The notes below the pieces were generated by a model. That model ran no database searches. It saw only the letters and a list, made by a program, of their open reading frames with translations, and had not been told where the DNA came from. Shown piece after piece: positions 8,418-18,300 of a stretch of DNA of 64,000 nucleotides. A program made the translations under genes and the position numbers. The stretch is taken from sequence record NC_049851.1. One strand, given 5' to 3'. The stretch's first letter is position 1; each line of letters opens with the position of its first letter.

Positions 8418-8822
8418 TTATGCGAGGGTCGCGATGTGGCCAGCGTGCTTATGGCGCGGCGTATTCACGCAGCCTTCAGCACGAATCCGGTTGGTCAGGT
8501 AGTCGTCGGCCAGCACATGCATGACGTGCGAGCACGTGACATAGGTGTGCGGGCTGTCGTACGACTTCTGTCGCGCGATCTCGGAGTCGAGACGGTCGCG
8601 TTCGACTGCGTAGGTCCAACCGTCCGGCCGCGCGAACCCGTCTTCGTGTTCCGTCCACTCGATGGCCAGAACCACGGTCCCGGTGATCGGGTGGCCGACC
8701 GCACACTCGGGGGCCGGTTGAATCTCCGACTTGATGCGGTCCGTTGCCGGGCTCACAATCTCGCGTTGATGACGACGGGCTGCTCGGTGAGCCTCTTCTT
8801 CGGCCATTGCAAAATTCATCAT
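8418..8822 (-). CDS. hypothetical protein
   Basis: 134-aa ORF coupled to the upstream gene. Confidence 0.6.
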   Translation of the reverse strand: MMNFAMAEEEAHRAARRHQREIVSPATDRIKSEIQPAPECAVGHPITGTVVLAIEWTEHEDGFARPDGWTYAVERDRLDSEIARQKSYDSPHTYVTCSHVMHVLADDYLTNRIRAEGCVNTPRHKHAGHIATLA

Positions 8823-9499
8823 CGTTTGTCCTCCAGATAGGTGATGGGGCTGTTGCTGTTTTTGAGTGCCGTAGCCAGTCCGAGGCGCGTCAAAGCTGCC
8901 TGAGCGTACGACGTGATTTCGGTCTTTGCCTTCGACAGCGTGTTCTCGATGTACTCACCGAATTGACGCAGCACGAAGTTCAGGTTCGACTTCACGTTCA
9001 TGCGAGCCGACTCGACGTGCCCCAGCAATTCGTCGCGCTGCTTGGAAGACAGCTTCGCTTCCCCCAGCTTCTCGGCCAGCACATCGAGCGCGTCCAACGC
9101 GTTCTGTGCGTACTTCCGTGTGTCAGCCCGGAACTTCGGTGCGACCTCAGCAATGTGCGGAATCTGCGGAATCGACTGCCCGTTGTAGCGGGTCAGCGTA
9201 CACGGAACGCCGCTGCCCAGACCCATACTCGACACCAGCGACGCGAACTGGGCTTCCGACATCACGACCTCGATCAACTGGCCCGTATGCGACTGCATGT
9301 GCTGGTCTTCAGCGTAGCGTCGATACTGTTTCGACATGTTGATCGTCAGCGAGATCGAGTGCTGGTGCTCGAAGTCCGAGCCGTACAAATACTGGGTGCC
9401 GGAGCGGCGCGTGATCGCGATCTGGGCAAACGCAGGATGCTCGTAGCGGATACGATCACCCTCGTTGAACTCCTTCACGTCTTCGAATTGCGTTGCCAT
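8819..9499 (-). CDS. hypothetical phage protein
   Basis: 226 aa, RBS GGAGG, promoter TTGACG-17-TAAAAT at 9527-9555. Confidence 0.7.
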   Translation of the reverse strand: MATQFEDVKEFNEGDRIRYEHPAFAQIAITRRSGTQYLYGSDFEHQHSISLTINMSKQYRRYAEDQHMQSHTGQLIEVVMSEAQFASLVSSMGLGSGVPCTLTRYNGQSIPQIPHIAEVAPKFRADTRKYAQNALDALDVLAEKLGEAKLSSKQRDELLGHVESARMNVKSNLNFVLRQFGEYIENTLSKAKTEITSYAQAALTRLGLATALKNSNSPITYLEDKR

Positions 9500-9537
9500 G
9501 AATCCTCCTTGGTATACAGTGACGCTATTTTATTCTA

Positions 9538-9939
9538 TCAGTCGCTATGCGTCAACCGTTCCCAGTCACGCTTCGTCGGGGACCACGTGTAGCTATTGTC
9601 GTCGCCCGATGCGTAGAAATCGAGAGCGCGAAGCGCGCCCGCGCCGTAGCCAGCGTTCGTGAACGACTGTGCGAATGTAGCACCACCCAAGATGACCCTG
9701 CGGTGACCGTCGAGCCAGTACAGCGTGTACTTGGACGGGTAGTCGGAGGATTCCGGCGTCGCCATGTTCAGGATCGACACGTCACTGATGACGTTGGCTT
9801 CGGCGTATGCTTCGGCCTCTTCGTAGCTGTCGAAGGGCATCGCGTCTGCAATGTCCAGCGTGTGGCTGTGGTGGGATTGGAAGCCCTCCGGGTACGTGAC
9901 GAATCCGAGGCTTGCTTCGTAGAGGTAGTGAGTGGTCAT
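9538..9939 (-). CDS. hypothetical protein
   Basis: RBS GGAG; promoter TTGCCT-17-TATAGT at 9970-9998. Confidence 0.65.
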   Translation of the reverse strand: MTTHYLYEASLGFVTYPEGFQSHHSHTLDIADAMPFDSYEEAEAYAEANVISDVSILNMATPESSDYPSKYTLYWLDGHRRVILGGATFAQSFTNAGYGAGALRALDFYASGDDNSYTWSPTKRDWERLTHSD

Positions 9940-10011
9940 GGCTGCTCCTGTTAAGTTGTCGATGTGAGAACTATACAGGTCGATTTAATTCAAGGCAAGC
10001 AAAAAATGAAA

Positions 10012-10032
10012 AACCCCGCACTGGGCGGGGTT
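10012..10032 (-). terminator. rho-independent terminator
   Basis: ACCCCGC/GCGGGGT stem followed on the minus strand by TTTTTCATTTTTT. Confidence 0.75.
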
Positions 10033-10040
10033 CAGATGGT

Positions 10041-10217
10041 TTAGGCGACGGCCTCGACCATGCGGCGGTTCAGGAAAAGCGGCTGCTCCTTGCCCACAAA
10101 CTGCACGGACACGTAGCTGGGTGGGGCCGAATCGTCTTGTAGGATCACGCCAACCTTGTGTTCCGGAAACGATTCTGCTGCTGCACCCACCAACTTCACT
10201 TGATCACCAACTTTCAT
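10041..10217 (-). CDS. small SH3/KOW-like protein (58 aa, absent from the ORF track)
   Basis: MKVGDQVKLVG...KVGVI...VSVQF..; hand translated. Confidence 0.55.
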   Translation of the reverse strand: MKVGDQVKLVGAAAESFPEHKVGVILQDDSAPPSYVSVQFVGKEQPLFLNRRMVEAVA

Positions 10218-10219
10218 GA

Positions 10220-10582
10220 TTATTGCCTTTCTAAAACAGAGTTGAACGAGCAGGCAAGGTACGCGAGCAGCAGTGACCCAATCATGGCAAGCACATGGGC
10301 ACCTGCGTACACAAGGTATCCGATGTCAAGGGCTATGAGCCCAACGAGTATCAGAAACACCCCGACGTTCCACGGGTGACGAAGCTCACGCCTTTCTTCA
10401 TCTGGTAGATGCCGAAAACCAACGCCCAAAAAGAACGAGGCAGTACCGTCGACGAAGAACAGGGCAAACAGAAAAATCCAGTAGCCCCATTGGAGGTGTG
10501 CGGAGATCGCACACGCGGTCAGCAGCAGCCGGGTAGCCGCGAAGCTGAACCTCTTCACCCACCATCCTACAAACGACCGCAT
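10220..10582 (-). CDS. multi-pass membrane protein
   Basis: Four hydrophobic segments; start moved to ATG 10582 behind GGAG. Confidence 0.6.
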   Translation of the reverse strand: MRSFVGWWVKRFSFAATRLLLTACAISAHLQWGYWIFLFALFFVDGTASFFLGVGFRHLPDEERRELRHPWNVGVFLILVGLIALDIGYLVYAGAHVLAMIGSLLLAYLACSFNSVLERQ

Positions 10583-10673
10583 AAACCAACTCCATAGCTG
10601 AGTTTCGATCACATGGCTCGGACCGAGCCCGCGACTTAGAGAGGTGGAACTCTCCACCCTCTATTTACTGCAA

Positions 10674-10709
10674 CGTCAACCGGCCCCACCATGGTGGGGC
10701 CGGTTGACG
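10674..10709. repeat. perfect 36-bp palindrome
   Basis: CGTCAACCGGCCCCACCATGGTGGGGCCGGTTGACG equals its own reverse complement. Confidence 0.95.
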
Positions 10710-10780
10710 CGATTTTGACACTTATTACAGCAAACATGTGGGAAAAACAGATTCCCAATTTTATTTTACACTAAACCTCC

Positions 10781-11698
10781 ATGGAGAAAGTTATGGGAAC
10801 GTCAAAATGGGACGCCGCTTCTATAGCGGCCGAAGCAAAGCACTACACACAACCGACAGAATTCCGTCGAGGGTCCCATGGCGCGTACGTAGCGGCTCAG
10901 CGCCTAGGGATACTGGACGAGGTGTGCAAACACATGACGTTCAGACGCAAGCTCACGAAGGAGCACGTACTGAATGTCGCGCGTTCATACAAAACCCGCG
11001 TGGACTTTGCGCGCGGTGCAGAATCGGAATACGGGACCGCTCGAAAGAACGGATACCTAGATGAAGCGTGTGCACACATGCAACGAAAACTCAAGTGGAC
11101 CGAATCCAGTGTAGCAGCAGAGGCCGCAAAGTACACGAAGCGCTATGACTTTGAACTCGGCAGTCCGAACGCCTACAGCGCAGCCAAACGACTTGGCATC
11201 TATGATCAAGTATGTAGCCATATGGAATACAGCAAGCGGCATAGACTGACGCTCACGGAGATTCGCAAAATAGCAAAAACGTACAAGACGCGCAAGGAAT
11301 TCCAGACCGGTGACACCAGCGCGTATAACTGCGCAATCCGCAACGAGTGGCTTGATTCCGTGTGCGCCCATATGGAACGCGGGGCTACCGGCTTCAACAA
11401 TGACAAGCCCGGCACACTATACCAGATACTTCTCACGACTCCTACGGGCACGCGTCTATGGAAGATAGGCATTACGAACGGTCCCGTCACCAAACGGCTT
11501 GCTTCAATGGGCGTTCCACGGAACGTACACGCCGAAGTTGTGTGCACCGTGCATTTCCAAAACGGCAAGGAAGCACGACAACTAGAAACAAAGCTGCACG
11601 CACGAGGAAAGCGTCGCGGAGTGCACTACCAAGGCGAGCCCATCCTACGCAGCGGCAACACAGAATTGTTCCTGAAGCCGCTGATTAAACTCACGTGA
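10781..11698 (+). mobile_element. free-standing GIY-YIG-like (T5orf172-type) homing endonuclease with four N-terminal repeats
   Basis: Four ~47-aa repeats (A..Y..R.EF..G...AY..A.R.G.LD.VC.HM) then GTLYQI..KIGITN..KRL..ELF; inverted relative to all neighbours. Confidence 0.65.
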
Positions 11699-12290
11699 GG
11701 TTGTGGTGATAGGTAACCTCGTTGTTGCCGATCAATTCCTTGATCTCACGGAAGGAGAACGGACGATACTCACCCAGCACCTTGATGGAATTGTCCCAAC
11801 CAATGTCAAAGATGCGGCGTTTGCTTAGCTCGGCCATCGATTCACCGTAACCGCTACCGTGCAGATGACCATGCAGCATCCACGATCCATGCTTCGCTTT
11901 ATTCCAAGCAAGTTCGGGGTGGTGGTTGAGCACAATGTTCACGCCGTCGTGCTTGATGTACAGGCGATGCTCGTGCACTTCCTTGAACAAACCGGACGAT
12001 TTGTAGAAATCGACCAAACGGTCGTCGTGATTGCCACAGATCAGGAATTTGTTCGGTGTTTCGATCCGTTCGATCAAAGCTGCTGCTTCCCACTTGGAAC
12101 CGAACGCAATGTCGCCACCGAAGTAGATGACGCCACGCGGACCTACCGTCTCGTTGATACGGGACACGATCCACTGGTTGTGGCTGGGCATGTCGCTGAA
12201 CAGGATACCGCGACGCGTGTACTGTAGGATCGCGTTGTGGTTGAAATGCAGGTCTGCCGTGAACCACGGCCCGTTGTCTTTTTGTGTCAT
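11691..12290 (-). CDS. calcineurin-like metallophosphoesterase
   Basis: FTADLHFNH, GGD, GNHD, HGHLH motifs. Confidence 0.85.
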   Translation of the reverse strand: MTQKDNGPWFTADLHFNHNAILQYTRRGILFSDMPSHNQWIVSRINETVGPRGVIYFGGDIAFGSKWEAAALIERIETPNKFLICGNHDDRLVDFYKSSGLFKEVHEHRLYIKHDGVNIVLNHHPELAWNKAKHGSWMLHGHLHGSGYGESMAELSKRRIFDIGWDNSIKVLGEYRPFSFREIKELIGNNEVTYHHNLT

Positions 12291-12326
12291 GTTGCCTCCT
12301 TATTCAAGGTATTGCAGTTTAATCAG

Positions 12327-12755
12327 TCACACGCGCTCGCGCAATCCTTTCTCCCAATTGCACGGGCCGCACATGGTCGTCATGTTATGTTGCGCATCGG
12401 CCCCGCCATTAGCACGACTCACCGTGTGATCGTGCGTGAAGATCACTTCTTCACCGTCACGAAAGCCCCACATGTTCATGTGGAACGGACCATCCGAGCC
12501 TTTCTTGGTGGCCGTGCGCTCAACCGCGAAATGGGTGGCTTCCAGACCGCATGACGAGCACGTGGTGCCATGGTTGGCGAAGCAGCGCAGACGCTTGCTG
12601 GTCGTGTGGACCTCCAGACCGGGGGCGACTTCAGTGCGGCGCTCTTTCTCCCGCAACTTCATGTCAGCGACGATGGCGCGGAGGCCGGTGCCCAGTTCGA
12701 GAGTGGCGATACGTTCGTAGTTGCCGCAGCGATTGCTGATTTTCGAGATTTGCAT
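12327..12755 (-). CDS. HNH endonuclease
   Basis: CSSC...DHTVSRANGGADAQHNMTTMCGPCN; start at ATG behind GGAGG. Confidence 0.8.
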   Translation of the reverse strand: MQISKISNRCGNYERIATLELGTGLRAIVADMKLREKERRTEVAPGLEVHTTSKRLRCFANHGTTCSSCGLEATHFAVERTATKKGSDGPFHMNMWGFRDGEEVIFTHDHTVSRANGGADAQHNMTTMCGPCNWEKGLRERV

Positions 12756-12784
12756 TTTGGGCCTCCATAAATTCGATGACCCAA

Positions 12785-12821
12785 AGTATAAAGGGGCTGA
12801 CAGTTTCCCGTCAACCCCTTT
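12785..12821 (-). promoter_or_regulatory. sigma70-type promoter embedded in a hairpin
   Basis: TTGACG-18-TATACT; stem AAAGGGGCTGAC/GTCAACCCCTTT. Confidence 0.55.
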
Positions 12822-12825
12822 CACA

Positions 12826-13191
12826 TCACAGGTACGCGATCCGGATTCGGAGCACGAGGCGAACCGCCAAGTCGAAGATCACGGTCGCTGCCGCGATCTC
12901 GGGGTGGCTCCCGAACTGTACCAGTGTCGCGACGGCAACGGCCTGCGCAATCAACTGGAGAAGCATCCAAGCCTGCTCGTCGCGGCTGTTCTCGTAGCCA
13001 TCAACATCGTGCTTCAGGTTATACGGGAACGTGAAGAACGCGTAGAACAGGGTGAGCGCCGGATAGCCGAACCCCACGATCAGGTACGCGACCTCCACCA
13101 TATGAGCGGCCGGGAGACCGAAGCCCACGACGTAGGCGATGAAGAACGCGAATGCGATGAACGCGGCGCGGAACGTGTCTTTCGTCAGCAT
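12826..13191 (-). CDS. membrane protein
   Basis: Four hydrophobic helices. Confidence 0.6.
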   Translation of the reverse strand: MLTKDTFRAAFIAFAFFIAYVVGFGLPAAHMVEVAYLIVGFGYPALTLFYAFFTFPYNLKHDVDGYENSRDEQAWMLLQLIAQAVAVATLVQFGSHPEIAAATVIFDLAVRLVLRIRIAYL

Positions 13192-13193
13192 AG

Positions 13194-13664
13194 TTACTCC
13201 TTGGTCGGGACAGCAGCCAGCGCAGTGCGCACCAGCGCGCTTGCCTGACGGCCATCGAACTTGCCGGTGTGGTTCGTGTTCAGAAACCCCATCAGCGAGC
13301 CGATATCGGCCCTGACGCCGGAATCCAGCGCGCCCTTGATCGCGGTCACGATTTCCGTCTGGCTCATCTGTGCCGGGGCGTAGCGTTCGAGGACGATGCG
13401 CTCCTGAGCCAGTGTCGTGAGTTGGGCTGCACGCTCTGCGGTCAGGCCGTGCAGGTCGGCACCGATGGCTTCGCTCGTTTCCTTGTTGCGGTCCATGAAC
13501 TTCTTGACCAGCGCTACGGTCTCGGCGTCCGTTGTCTGCTCACGCTGCTTGTTCTTGGCGATGGTACTGGCTTCGCCCAGCAGCGTGGTCAGCAGCGTCG
13601 CTTCCACCGTGTTCTTGGCCTTGCGAGCCGCCACTTGGTCCTGCTTGATTTGTTCGATGAGCAT
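13194..13664 (-). CDS. GatB/YqeY domain protein
   Basis: LIEQIKQDQVAARKAK..ATLLTTLLGE..E..VLERYAP.QMS..EI..I......DIGSLMG. Confidence 0.8.
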   Translation of the reverse strand: MLIEQIKQDQVAARKAKNTVEATLLTTLLGEASTIAKNKQREQTTDAETVALVKKFMDRNKETSEAIGADLHGLTAERAAQLTTLAQERIVLERYAPAQMSQTEIVTAIKGALDSGVRADIGSLMGFLNTNHTGKFDGRQASALVRTALAAVPTKE

Positions 13665-13674
13665 GTTTTCTCCT

Positions 13675-14901
13675 TTATCCCTTGATACACATGACTTGCT
13701 TGAGGGTGGCCACAACGTCGACCAGTTCCGACTGCGCTTCCATCACCGTGTCGATGTCCTTGTAGGCACCCGGGATTTCGTCCAGAACACCGCCGTCCTT
13801 ACGGCACTCGACGCCCTTGGTTTGTTCCGCGAGGTCTTGCTCCGTGAACACCTTCTTGGCCTTCGTGCGGCTGAACTTGCGGCCTGCGCCGTGCGAACAC
13901 GAACAGTAGGCCGCCGTATGGCCCTTGCCACACACGATGAACGACTTCGCGCCCATCGAGCCCGGGATGATCCCGAGTTGGCCCTTCTGCGCCGACACCG
14001 CGCCCTTACGCGTCACCAGCATCGAACGGCCATCGTGCACTTCTTGCGACAGGTAATTGTGGTGGCAGTTGATCGCCTGATCGACGAGCGTGAACGCCGG
14101 GAGCTTGCGGCGCAGTGCACGCAACGTCAACAGCAGCATGAAGTCGCGGTTGAGTCGTGCGTATTCCTGCGCCCACGACATGCCTTCCACGTACTCGTCG
14201 AACTCGGGCGTCCCGGCCTCGAACCACGCGAGGTCCTTGTCGGCCAGTTGCATACCCTTGATCGATGCGTTGCGGGCAGCGAGTTCCGTCGAGATTTTCC
14301 CGATGATGTTGCCGATCCCGCGCGACCCCGAGTGCAGCATCACCCACACGTTCTGCTCGGTGTCGACGCACAGTTCGATGAAGTGGTTGCCGTTGCCGAG
14401 CGTGCCCATCTGCTTCGGAAGCTTGGCCTCGTCGAACTTGCTGCCGATGCGCTGACGCACCTTCAGGCCGTCGAATCGCGCGAACAGGACGTCGCGTGCT
14501 GCTTCCAGCGCACGACCCTCGTTCCCTTCGTGGAAGAAGCGGACTTCGCGCTTGTGCGTGTCGAAGCCGACCGGAACATCGCGCTCGATTTGAAGGCGCA
14601 CGTCCCGGAGCGAGTCCGGAAGTTGGTGAGCCTTGAGCGAGGTCTTGACCGCACACATGCCGCAGCCGATGTCGACGCCTACCGCAGCCGGGATCACAGC
14701 CGCGTTCAGCGGTATCACGGAGCCAACCGTGGCACCGAGGCCAAAGTGCACGTCGGGCATGACGGCCATCGGACCTGCCAAGATCGGCAGGTTCGTGATG
14801 TTTTGAATCTGCTTCAGCGCTTCCTGCTCGACTTCCATTTCACCGGTCCAGAAGCGGGCCTTGCCGCCCATCATTTGACCGTACAGTTCGTTCTGTTGCA
14901 T
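13675..14901 (-). CDS. rtcB: RNA ligase RtcB
   Basis: MPDVH.G.GATVG, GVDIGCG, GTLGNGNHFIE, HSGSRG, HHNY, RKGA, IPGSMG, HGAGR, DEIPGAYK. Confidence 0.95.
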   Translation of the reverse strand: MQQNELYGQMMGGKARFWTGEMEVEQEALKQIQNITNLPILAGPMAVMPDVHFGLGATVGSVIPLNAAVIPAAVGVDIGCGMCAVKTSLKAHQLPDSLRDVRLQIERDVPVGFDTHKREVRFFHEGNEGRALEAARDVLFARFDGLKVRQRIGSKFDEAKLPKQMGTLGNGNHFIELCVDTEQNVWVMLHSGSRGIGNIIGKISTELAARNASIKGMQLADKDLAWFEAGTPEFDEYVEGMSWAQEYARLNRDFMLLLTLRALRRKLPAFTLVDQAINCHHNYLSQEVHDGRSMLVTRKGAVSAQKGQLGIIPGSMGAKSFIVCGKGHTAAYCSCSHGAGRKFSRTKAKKVFTEQDLAEQTKGVECRKDGGVLDEIPGAYKDIDTVMEAQSELVDVVATLKQVMCIKG

Positions 14902-14911
14902 ACCTTCCTCC

Positions 14912-15373
14912 TTACGAGTCTTGTTCGAGTGCGCCCGAATACGCGTTCCGGACACCGATGCAGCGTGCGATGGCCGCCATGTCGTTGTTCCAGTACTTCC
15001 CGTGGTCGATCATGTCGATCATGGGGTTCGTGGACCAGAAGATGCCCGCGCATTTGTGCGGCTCGCGGTTGACCGGGGCCTCACGGTCGATGACTGCTGC
15101 GTAGTACATCATGATCAGCTTGTCGCCAGACACATGCGTGTCCGACGCGAAGTGCATGGCCATCGGGTCGGTCTCGCGCAATTCGACGCCAACCTCTTCA
15201 CGCATTTCGCGGATGATCGCGGCTTTCGGGTCTTCGCCTTCTTCGATAACGCCACCGGGCAGCACAAAGAAGTCGGAGCCCGGGTCCTTGATGCGGCGCT
15301 GGAGCAGTACGTCGCCTGTTCCCTTGTCGATCAGGACGCAGGCGACGCCCGCGATGTGCTTCGGAATGGTCAT
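14912..15373 (-). CDS. Nudix hydrolase
   Basis: GGVIEEGEDPKAAIIREMREEVG Nudix box. Confidence 0.88.
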   Translation of the reverse strand: MTIPKHIAGVACVLIDKGTGDVLLQRRIKDPGSDFFVLPGGVIEEGEDPKAAIIREMREEVGVELRETDPMAMHFASDTHVSGDKLIMMYYAAVIDREAPVNREPHKCAGIFWSTNPMIDMIDHGKYWNNDMAAIARCIGVRNAYSGALEQDS

Positions 15374-18300
15374 GGTTTCTCCTTGAGAGTTCCGGAGAAT
15401 CGCCACGAGAACCGTGCGGCCTCGAAGCGATCCCGAAAGTAAAAGACAGGGCTGAGTCGGTTACCGTCCTTGCCGCGCCCGTGTGCAAAGCACCACGAGT
15501 ACTGCGTGAACCCCGACTGACGAACGAATGATAACGCGTCATCCAGCCATGTGTCAATCACCAAATGCTCGTCGTGGACGCGGGGAAACACAACGGAGTA
15601 CCAGCCGTGAGCATCGACGTAATCGAAGTCGATGGCACGAGGCTCGAACGGATTCCAAGCTTTAGGCGGTGCCATTACCATCCCCCTTCAGAACTTGGTG
15701 TGGCAGCACGATCTTGATTCGTGTCTTGTGTGCCTTGGCCATGCATTTCATGATGCCCTGCATGACCTTCTTGCGGAGCGTAGTCTGGGCCACCAGCGTC
15801 GGAGGCTCGGCCTCGGGATGCGTGCGTTCGTATTCGAGCGCCTGTGCCACGATCCGCGAGTCCTCGGTGAACCTCTGCTTTGTCATACGCGTGACGGTTG
15901 CCATGTACATGTGGATAGCCATTATTCGGATACTCCACCGCCGATAAAGCGAACATGGATGTGGTCGCCGGGAAGCCACAGCACGTGGTATCCGGTGGCA
16001 CGCAACGCGGCTTCTACCTCTCCGCGATCTTGCGCAGTGTCTGCGGGTATGACGACATCGACGCTGTTAGCGTAATGCGGGCTGTCATACAGCGCCTTCT
16101 CGATTGCCCGTTCGATGATACGGAGCGACCGGGTGACCGTGCTCGTCTCCATGATCTCGCGTGCCTCTCGTGCATGAATCATTGAACCTCCTAAACAGAA
16201 AGAGCCCGTATGTCGAATAGACTTCGGGCTCTTGTCAATCACTCGCGGTCTTGTTCCCAGACCAGTGCGTCGGCCCGGCCCGTGAACACGAGCCACGCAC
16301 AACGCAGGCGTTCACGCAGGTTGCCGATCAGGCCGTGGTGGAACGGGAGCGAACGCGCGGGGCTCCAGAATACGTAGCCATCGATGCGTCGGATTTCGGC
16401 AGCGACACGCGGTTCCTTGGGGTTCGTGTCTTCCACGTGCAGGTCGTGTCGATAAACGACTACCGGGTGTTGGTTCATAAGTCTTCTCCTTCGCTTTACG
16501 TGATGCGCACGGGCACCGCTGACGAGTTGTAGTACTCGCGTTCATACGTGTCGGTGCCGCCCCAACCACCGCTCGCTTCGTAGCGCAGCATGATCGGGAG
16601 GCCGACGCGCAGGTAGCCGTAGCCATCGATGTCCTCCGGACGAATCCAGCCGTACTCGTGTTCGTGTTCTGCGTCGATGAAGACGCTGATCCAGTCGTGA
16701 AAGTGTTCGAACACACCTGCTTCGTGGTTGACACCTGCCCGTACGTGGAGCGTGAAGCCGCCCTCAGCGTCTTCCTCGATCCGGGTCTTGGCCCCAGCGT
16801 AGTACTCGCGGGTGCCCTTCGGCGGATGGTCCTCATCGAACCACGCGACGGCTGCGTTATGGAGCACCCACTCACAGCGCTTGTGCTGGAACAACTCGTG
16901 CTCCGGCAGCGCGGCAGGCCGCTCCGCGTTCCCCATCATCCAGTCGATGATAGGACGCACGAGCGGCGCGTCTGCGAACGAGATCGGGATCGTGGCGTAG
17001 CAGATGGTGTAGTGACTCACTTGTTGCACTCCAGAACATTGTCGAAGCGCTCCAGCAGATCGCGAATGTAATCCTTGGACTGAACCAGCGCGTAAATCAC
17101 ACGGCTGTCCGCGACCTCTTCGGTGAAGTCGTTGATGACCGTTGCGCCGTTGATACGGGCCCCGAGCAAGTTGCCGAATGCCAGACGGGCCGAGTTCAGG
17201 TCTTCGAATTCCTTCAGGTCCACGTTCTCTTCGTCACTCGCGAACTGGAGAGCGATCTCGTGGGCACGACAGGCACCTGCGCTGTCGAAGACCTCGTGGT
17301 CATCCGATACATACTGCACTTTCATCGTTTCTTCCTCCGTGTGCCATAGGCACCTGAAAACTGTTGATGGAATGTCTTGCGGCGTATTTCTTCGTCCGCA
17401 GATTGACACGCTGCAATTGAGTAGAGAGATTGCGTCACCGCCTTGTTTACGACGCATGTGTCGATGCCGAGAACACGTCCCAGACCACGAGCCACACCGG
17501 GCCCAGCACCAACCACTACTACCCGCTTCATGCCGGGTCCTTCACGTACTTTGGCGATTTCGGATTGCAGAGCGGGCACAGGTCCTGCCCCTCGCTCGCG
17601 TCGGGCCCGATCTTCCAACCATCGCGTCGTGCTGCTGCCTTGCAGCGCGCTACTGTATCTGCATCGAAGTACTCGTGTGGGAAGTAGTTGTACGGATGCT
17701 TGCGTCCCGAATCGCAGTAGAGCGCGATAGACGCGCCGCTCGCCATCATGATACCACCTTCGACAGCAGCTTGATTGCCCTGTCCAGCTTCGAGCCCTCA
17801 CGGCGACGGCTCGTCATTTCCGTGTGCTGGAGCACGAGGCGCAGTGCGTCGACCTCGACGGTGGTCAAAATCGTGATGGGGTTGCCCGTGGGCTTGGCCT
17901 TCCGGGCGATCTTGGACTTGGAGGAACTGATCCACAGATCGTCTCCATCGTCATCCAGCTTGGCCTGATACTTGATGGCGGCTTCACGAATCTCATCGAG
18001 CGTGAAGTCACTCAGCTTCTTCTTCGCCAAACAGGACTCACGGGTTGCCCACGCGTAGCGCAAACTCACCTTCGACGACTGCTTGTAGTTGATACCCGGG
18101 ATCAGGTACTCGGTGATTCCGCGCCCGATCTGGGGACCCGTCAGCCCTTTCAGTGCAGCGTCGAACGCGTTCATGCGCAGAACTACTTCATCGGTCACAT
18201 GTTCCATTTTCCCTTTCCTCCCAGATAGCGCGGGCCAGCGCCAGACGGTTACGGCCCATGTCAGTCAGTCGATACGAGTACACCCACTTCGGGAATCCCA

